From Octopus sinensis (Eukaryota), in contig NW_021835634.1 in assembly GCF_006345805.1 (NCBI RefSeq), forward strand, positions 1 through 26,099: a stretch of 26,099 bases of DNA, read 5' to 3'. Numbering within the stretch: the stretch's first letter is position 1; every line of letters begins with the position of its first letter. Of this stretch, positions 21,705 to 26,099 are shown piece by piece. The translations under genes and the position numbers were made by a program. The notes beneath the pieces were generated by a model. The model had not been told where the DNA came from, did no database searches, and worked only from the letters and a program-made list of their open reading frames with translations.

Positions 21705-22045
21705 CATTTGTGTGAGTGTGTATATATAATGTGTGTATATGGGATTGTATGCGTGTGACAATTGGTATGACAAAGTATATGCATGCGTGTGTTTATAGCA
21801 TGTATCTGTGTATATGTATACATATATATGTGTGTGTGTGTGTATGTGTGTGTGTGTGTCTATAATATATAATATTATGTATATATGTATGTATATCTAT
21901 GTATGTGTGCATGTATGTATGTGTGTGTATGTGTGTATGTATATGTGTGTATATGTGTGTATTTATGTATTTCTGTCTTTCTTTGTGTGTGTTGTCATGT
22001 GCATGTATGTGTGTGTATGTGCATGTGCATCAGTGTGTGTGTGTT
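21705..22045. repeat. TG/TA compound microsatellite
   Basis: Directly visible. Confidence 0.93.
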
Positions 22046-22220
22046 TGCGGTTGTTGGATGCAGCATTGCCAAATGGTTAAGAAGTTGTCTTTCAATCACA
22101 AGGTCCAGGTTTAATCTCACCTGCTACCATGTAGAACAAGTGTATTGTCCTATAACCCGAGAGTCAATCTGAGCCGTGTGAGTGAAACTAAGCCAGCAGA
22201 AATAGTACTGAAGCCTATCA
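22046..22220 (+). mobile_element. Highly degenerate family C-like SINE 5' part
   Basis: tggttaagaagttg...acaagtgtattgtcctataacccga...gccgtgtgagtg is colinear with 18270-18410. Confidence 0.5.
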
Positions 22221-22431
22221 GATAGAATGTAGCAGAAATTCTAAGCTCCAGCTTAGTCGTATACAAATTCTGCCTAGGGATTATGTTACAGATATACATG
22301 ACTGAGGAATACTCAACCATGAATATTATGATTCAGTAAATCCATATTGCAGTTAAGGGAACATCTTTATAAGCCTCCTAGAAACTGACTCAGCTTCATT
22401 AAATTTTGTTATATCTTTGTGTTCATCAGTG

Positions 22432-22724
22432 CGTGTGGGGTCGTTGCTAGTGTCGCCTGACTGGCTCCCATGCCAATGACACATAAAAAGCACCATTCGA
22501 GGATGGTTGATGCCAGTACTGCCTGAGTGGCCCCTGTGCTGGTGGCAGGTAAGAAACACTATTCGAACTTGGTCGTCGCTAGTGCCAACTGACTGGCCCA
22601 CATGCTGGTGGCACATAAAAAGTGCACCATTTGAGCATGGTCGATGCCAGTACCACCTGAGTGGCCCCTGTGCTGGTAGCATTTTAAAAAGCACCATTCG
22701 AACGTGGTTATTGCTACTGCCACC
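22432..22724 (+). repeat. Tandem array of ~66-68-bp family D subunits (4 plus partial)
   Basis: Units end in aagcaccattcga-like motifs at 22500, 22566, 22634 and 22701. Confidence 0.9.
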
Positions 22725-23269
22725 TTTTTCCCATGAAGTTCCCTTCTCGGTTGTGGTTGAGATTTTCCCTTTTACCAAGCCACTGTTCACAACATTTAAC
22801 GTTTCAATAGAAGATTTATTTTTCATCATCAGTCACAAATCTATCCAAAAAGGGTGAAATAGAGAGAAGAGCAGATGTCAACACGGGATTTGTGGTTGCT
22901 TTCGAACAATTCATGAGGCACCCATTATCCAAGTTTAGGAACCTTTCCAAGTTGTTAAAGATGATGATAAACAGTTGTATGGTTTGAACTAAGCTTTATT
23001 GCCAATTCTTCAACTGATAATGCAGGATTTTCTTCAAGTAATGCCTCAAGGAGCTAATAATCAAACTCAACTGGACATCCTGATCGATCTTCATCTTCAA
23101 GGCTGAAATCTCCACTTCTGAATTTTGCAAACCATCTTCTGCAAGTTCTTTTGTCCAAGCATTCTTTCCCATAAACTGAGTGTATGTTTCAAGTCGCTTC
23201 AGCTGCAGAGTTTCCTTTTTTGTACTCATAAAGCATTATGTGCCTCAAATGCTCTTTGGATACTTCCAC
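22721..23269 (-). pseudogene. Mariner transposase pseudogene (N-terminal ~180 aa)
   Basis: EVSKEHLRHIMLYEYKKGNSAAEAT*NIHSVYG...RRWFAKFRSGDFSLEDEDRSGCP...WVPHEL (22924-22907)...FLDRFVTDDEK*IFY...ELHGKKV; several stops and frameshifts. Confidence 0.93.
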
Positions 23270-23442
23270 GTTAGAAAGGGTTTTAATCAAAGAAATTTTA
23301 ATTCTATTATTCTGTAAAACAATATCTAATTAGTTTAAATGCATAAAAATAATTTTTATTACATTAGACATTCTAAAATACTATTAAATTTCATTCAGTT
23401 TTAAAAGAGGTAAAACTGGACAGAACTTATGGGATGACCTGA
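22721..23442 (-). mobile_element. Mariner DNA transposon, 5' half
   Basis: End reads TA|TCAGGTCATCCCATAAGTTCTGTCC (TIR-like) adjoining (TA)n, followed by a transposase pseudo-ORF. No second TIR found. Confidence 0.9.
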
Positions 23443-23650
<208 letters not shown>

Positions 23651-24037
23651 AGCACTCTGTCATAATTAGTGATGATTAAATTTTTGCTTTACGTTCTATT
23701 GTGGCCTAGCAGTTTACATTAATTTATATATATATATATATATATATGAGAAAATTAATAAGAGTGACTTGTGTGATAATTATTTTGCACTTTATAAACA
23801 TTTAGTTTCCAAATTGTTAGATGTTTACAAATCATATTCATATGTTTGTAAATATTGAAACATCAAAACGATTCAATTTGTAAACATTGAGCCATTAAAG
23901 TGGAAAATATTATCAGGAAAATCATTCTTATTCATTTTGCCAAATATACTATACACTATTGTATCAATGATTTCTGCCTTACCATTTCCACCATATATGT
24001 ATATATATATATGCATGTGTGCGTGTGTGTGTGTGTA

Positions 24038-24427
24038 TAGGCACAGGTGAGGTTGTGTGGTAAGTAGCTTTGTTCAATCCCACTGTGTGGCTCCTTGAGC
24101 AAGTGTCCTCTACTATGGCCACTGGCCGACCAAAGCCTTGTGAGTGGATTGGGTAGACGGAAACTGAAAGAAGCCTGTTGTACATGTGTGTGTATGTGTC
24201 TGTGTGTGTGTGTTTGTGTGTCTGTGTTTGTCCCCACCACCATCACTTGACTACCGATGCTGGTTTGTTTACATCCCCGTAACTAAGCGATTCAGAAAAA
24301 GAGACTGATAAAATAAGTACTAGTCTTACAAAGAATAAGTCCTGGGGTCGATTTGTTCGGCTAAAGGCAGTGCTCCAGCATGGCCACCGTCAAATGACTG
24401 AAACAAATAAAAGAATAAGATAAGAAT
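24038..24427 (+). mobile_element. Family C CORE-like SINE
   Basis: Colinear with 18258-18676, with a deletion in the head; tail (aagaat)n. Confidence 0.9.
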
Positions 24428-25380
24428 ATGTGTGTAGACAGACAGACAGACAGACAGACGGACAGACAGACGGTCAGACAGGCAGACATTCAGACAGGCA
24501 GACAATCAGACAGACAGAGCTTTTAAGAGCAATAAAGTGTTCTCAGTCCAACAATATTTTTGATTTTAGCACAAAAAAGCCCCCTCTTAAGATTTTGGGG
24601 GAGAACTCTCACCAAAATGCTTTAATGTGATTAACGTAATAATTCATTTAAATTATGCTTTGGATTTAATCCTCCACATTTGCAATGTTGATGATGATGA
24701 TGATGATGACGATGACGATGATGAGATTGCGTGTGATTTATTGGCAGTTCGTTATTGTTATCTCTCTATAAGCTGTAAACCAATGATTTAAGGCAAGTCC
24801 TAATTTAATGACTAACTAATTAAGTAACTAGCTAATTAACTAATGAGTGTGTTGTGACACAATGTTCATCATCATTACAGTCATTGTTTTCACCATCGTC
24901 GTTGCCATCATCATCATCATTATCATCGTCATCACCATTGTCATCCTACAAACGTTTTTCTATACTAGCATGGGTTGGATAGGTTGTCATTGTCTGAGTC
25001 AGTTATTCAAGATAACTTCCACTTCCCTGACCCCTACTTTGCACCCTTATTTGACCCCCCACCCACACACCCAATGGGTTCAAGGACCTTGTCTTACATG
25101 CGCATTTCATTTATGTCTTGATTCCTACATTCGGCTGCTCTTACAAGCACCAACCACATAACAGTATGTACCGTGTACATATTATCATGGCACCAGCATT
25201 AGAGATTGTGTCAGATCATCAGCAGGACCAAAACATTCTCTTGGCTCTACATTATCTCCACTCATTTCCCAGCTACATTACACAATGTACAGGGGGGGGG
25301 CATTTTACAGTGGCACCAGCACCAATGGATTCACTTATTCAACAGCAATTTTGAATCTTTATTCACCCTTTTATAGTAAA

Positions 25381-25550
25381 TCATCATCATCATCATCATC
25401 ATCATTGTTTAGTGTCTGCTTTCCATGCTAGCATGGGTTGGACGATTTTACTGAGGTCTGGCGAATGAGATGGCTGCACCAGGCTCCAATCTTGATCTGG
25501 CAGAGTTTCTACAGCTAGATGCCCTTCCTAATGCCAACCACTCCGAGAGT
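25381..25550 (-). mobile_element. Family D 3' end
   Basis: (CAT)n-ttgtttag...ttccatgctagcatgggttggacg...gatgcccttcctaatgccaaccactc. Confidence 0.85.
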
Positions 25551-25849
25551 ATACTAACGTATACTACCTTATATAATAGGAATGCTTCACTTTTCAAACT
25601 TTCAAATAGCATTCTGTTTGTGTTGCTATTTTCATCTGCCTCACTTGTCTTCATCCATCTTGTTTTGAAAAGTTTTTTTTTTTTTTTTTTAGTTTTTACT
25701 TTTCTATAATGGACAGCATTACTGTATTGTAAAAAAATATAAATATATTTAAATATACAGAGGGAAAAAAAATAACAAACAGATGTTATACAATATTTTT
25801 CTGCTTTGCAATTCTGTGTATTGTCAATGGAGTTGGAAATGAGAAGTGA

Positions 25850-26046
25850 AGAGAGAGAGAGAGAGAGAGAGAGAGAAAGTAGAAAGTGGGAGAGAGAAGA
25901 GAGAGGGATGGACAGAAAAGAAGGGAGAGAGAGAGAGAGAGAGTAGAAAGTGGGAGAGAGAAGAGAGAGGGATGGACAGAAAAGAAGGGAGAGAGAGAGA
26001 GAGTAGAAAGTGGGAGAGAGAAGAGAGGGATGGACAGCAAAGAAGG

Positions 26047-26077
<31 letters not shown>

Positions 26078-26099
26078 AAGTGGGAGAGAGAAGAGAGAG
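25850..26099. repeat. Purine-only-like minisatellite, ~53-64-bp unit, about four copies
   Basis: (GA)n-gtagaaagtgggagagagaagagagggatggacag-aagaaggg repeats to the window end. Confidence 0.93.

Noticed and set aside
22432-22724. CRISPR-like array (~67-bp period)
   Set aside because: Whole units are homologous with no unique spacers, there are no cas genes, and the context is a eukaryotic SINE.
22996-23229. 77-aa minus-strand ORF as a gene
   Set aside because: It is an off-frame reading of the mariner pseudogene.
23821-23869. Hairpin followed by GAAACATC
   Set aside because: No CUGANGA precedes the stem, so it cannot be supported as an HHR.

Overview
AT-rich, gene-free eukaryotic DNA dominated by microsatellites and nested transposable elements. 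The repeat types recall octopus/cephalopod genomes (from memory, not verified). I found no host protein-coding exon, and nearly all ORF-track entries are microsatellite artefacts. Recognisable elements: four SINE-like families (my labels A-D); three 3' fragments of an L1/Tx1-type LINE; an R4/Dong-type LINE remnant with CCHC and REL motifs; the 5' half of a mariner; and a TTAA-flanked piggyBac-type element carrying a mariner transposase fragment. The most interesting signal is a set of type I hammerhead ribozyme (HHR) motifs of the Penelope-like element (PLE) kind, at 1735, 5598, 7831/8278 and possibly 6672. Two of them sit in a 627-bp, TSD-flanked, almost wholly palindromic insertion (7778-8404). 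Its two arms each read tRNA-like Pol III head, (AAT)n, hammerhead, and there is a 33-nt unpaired tail on one side. This looks like a PLE-mobilised, ribozyme-bearing SINE.
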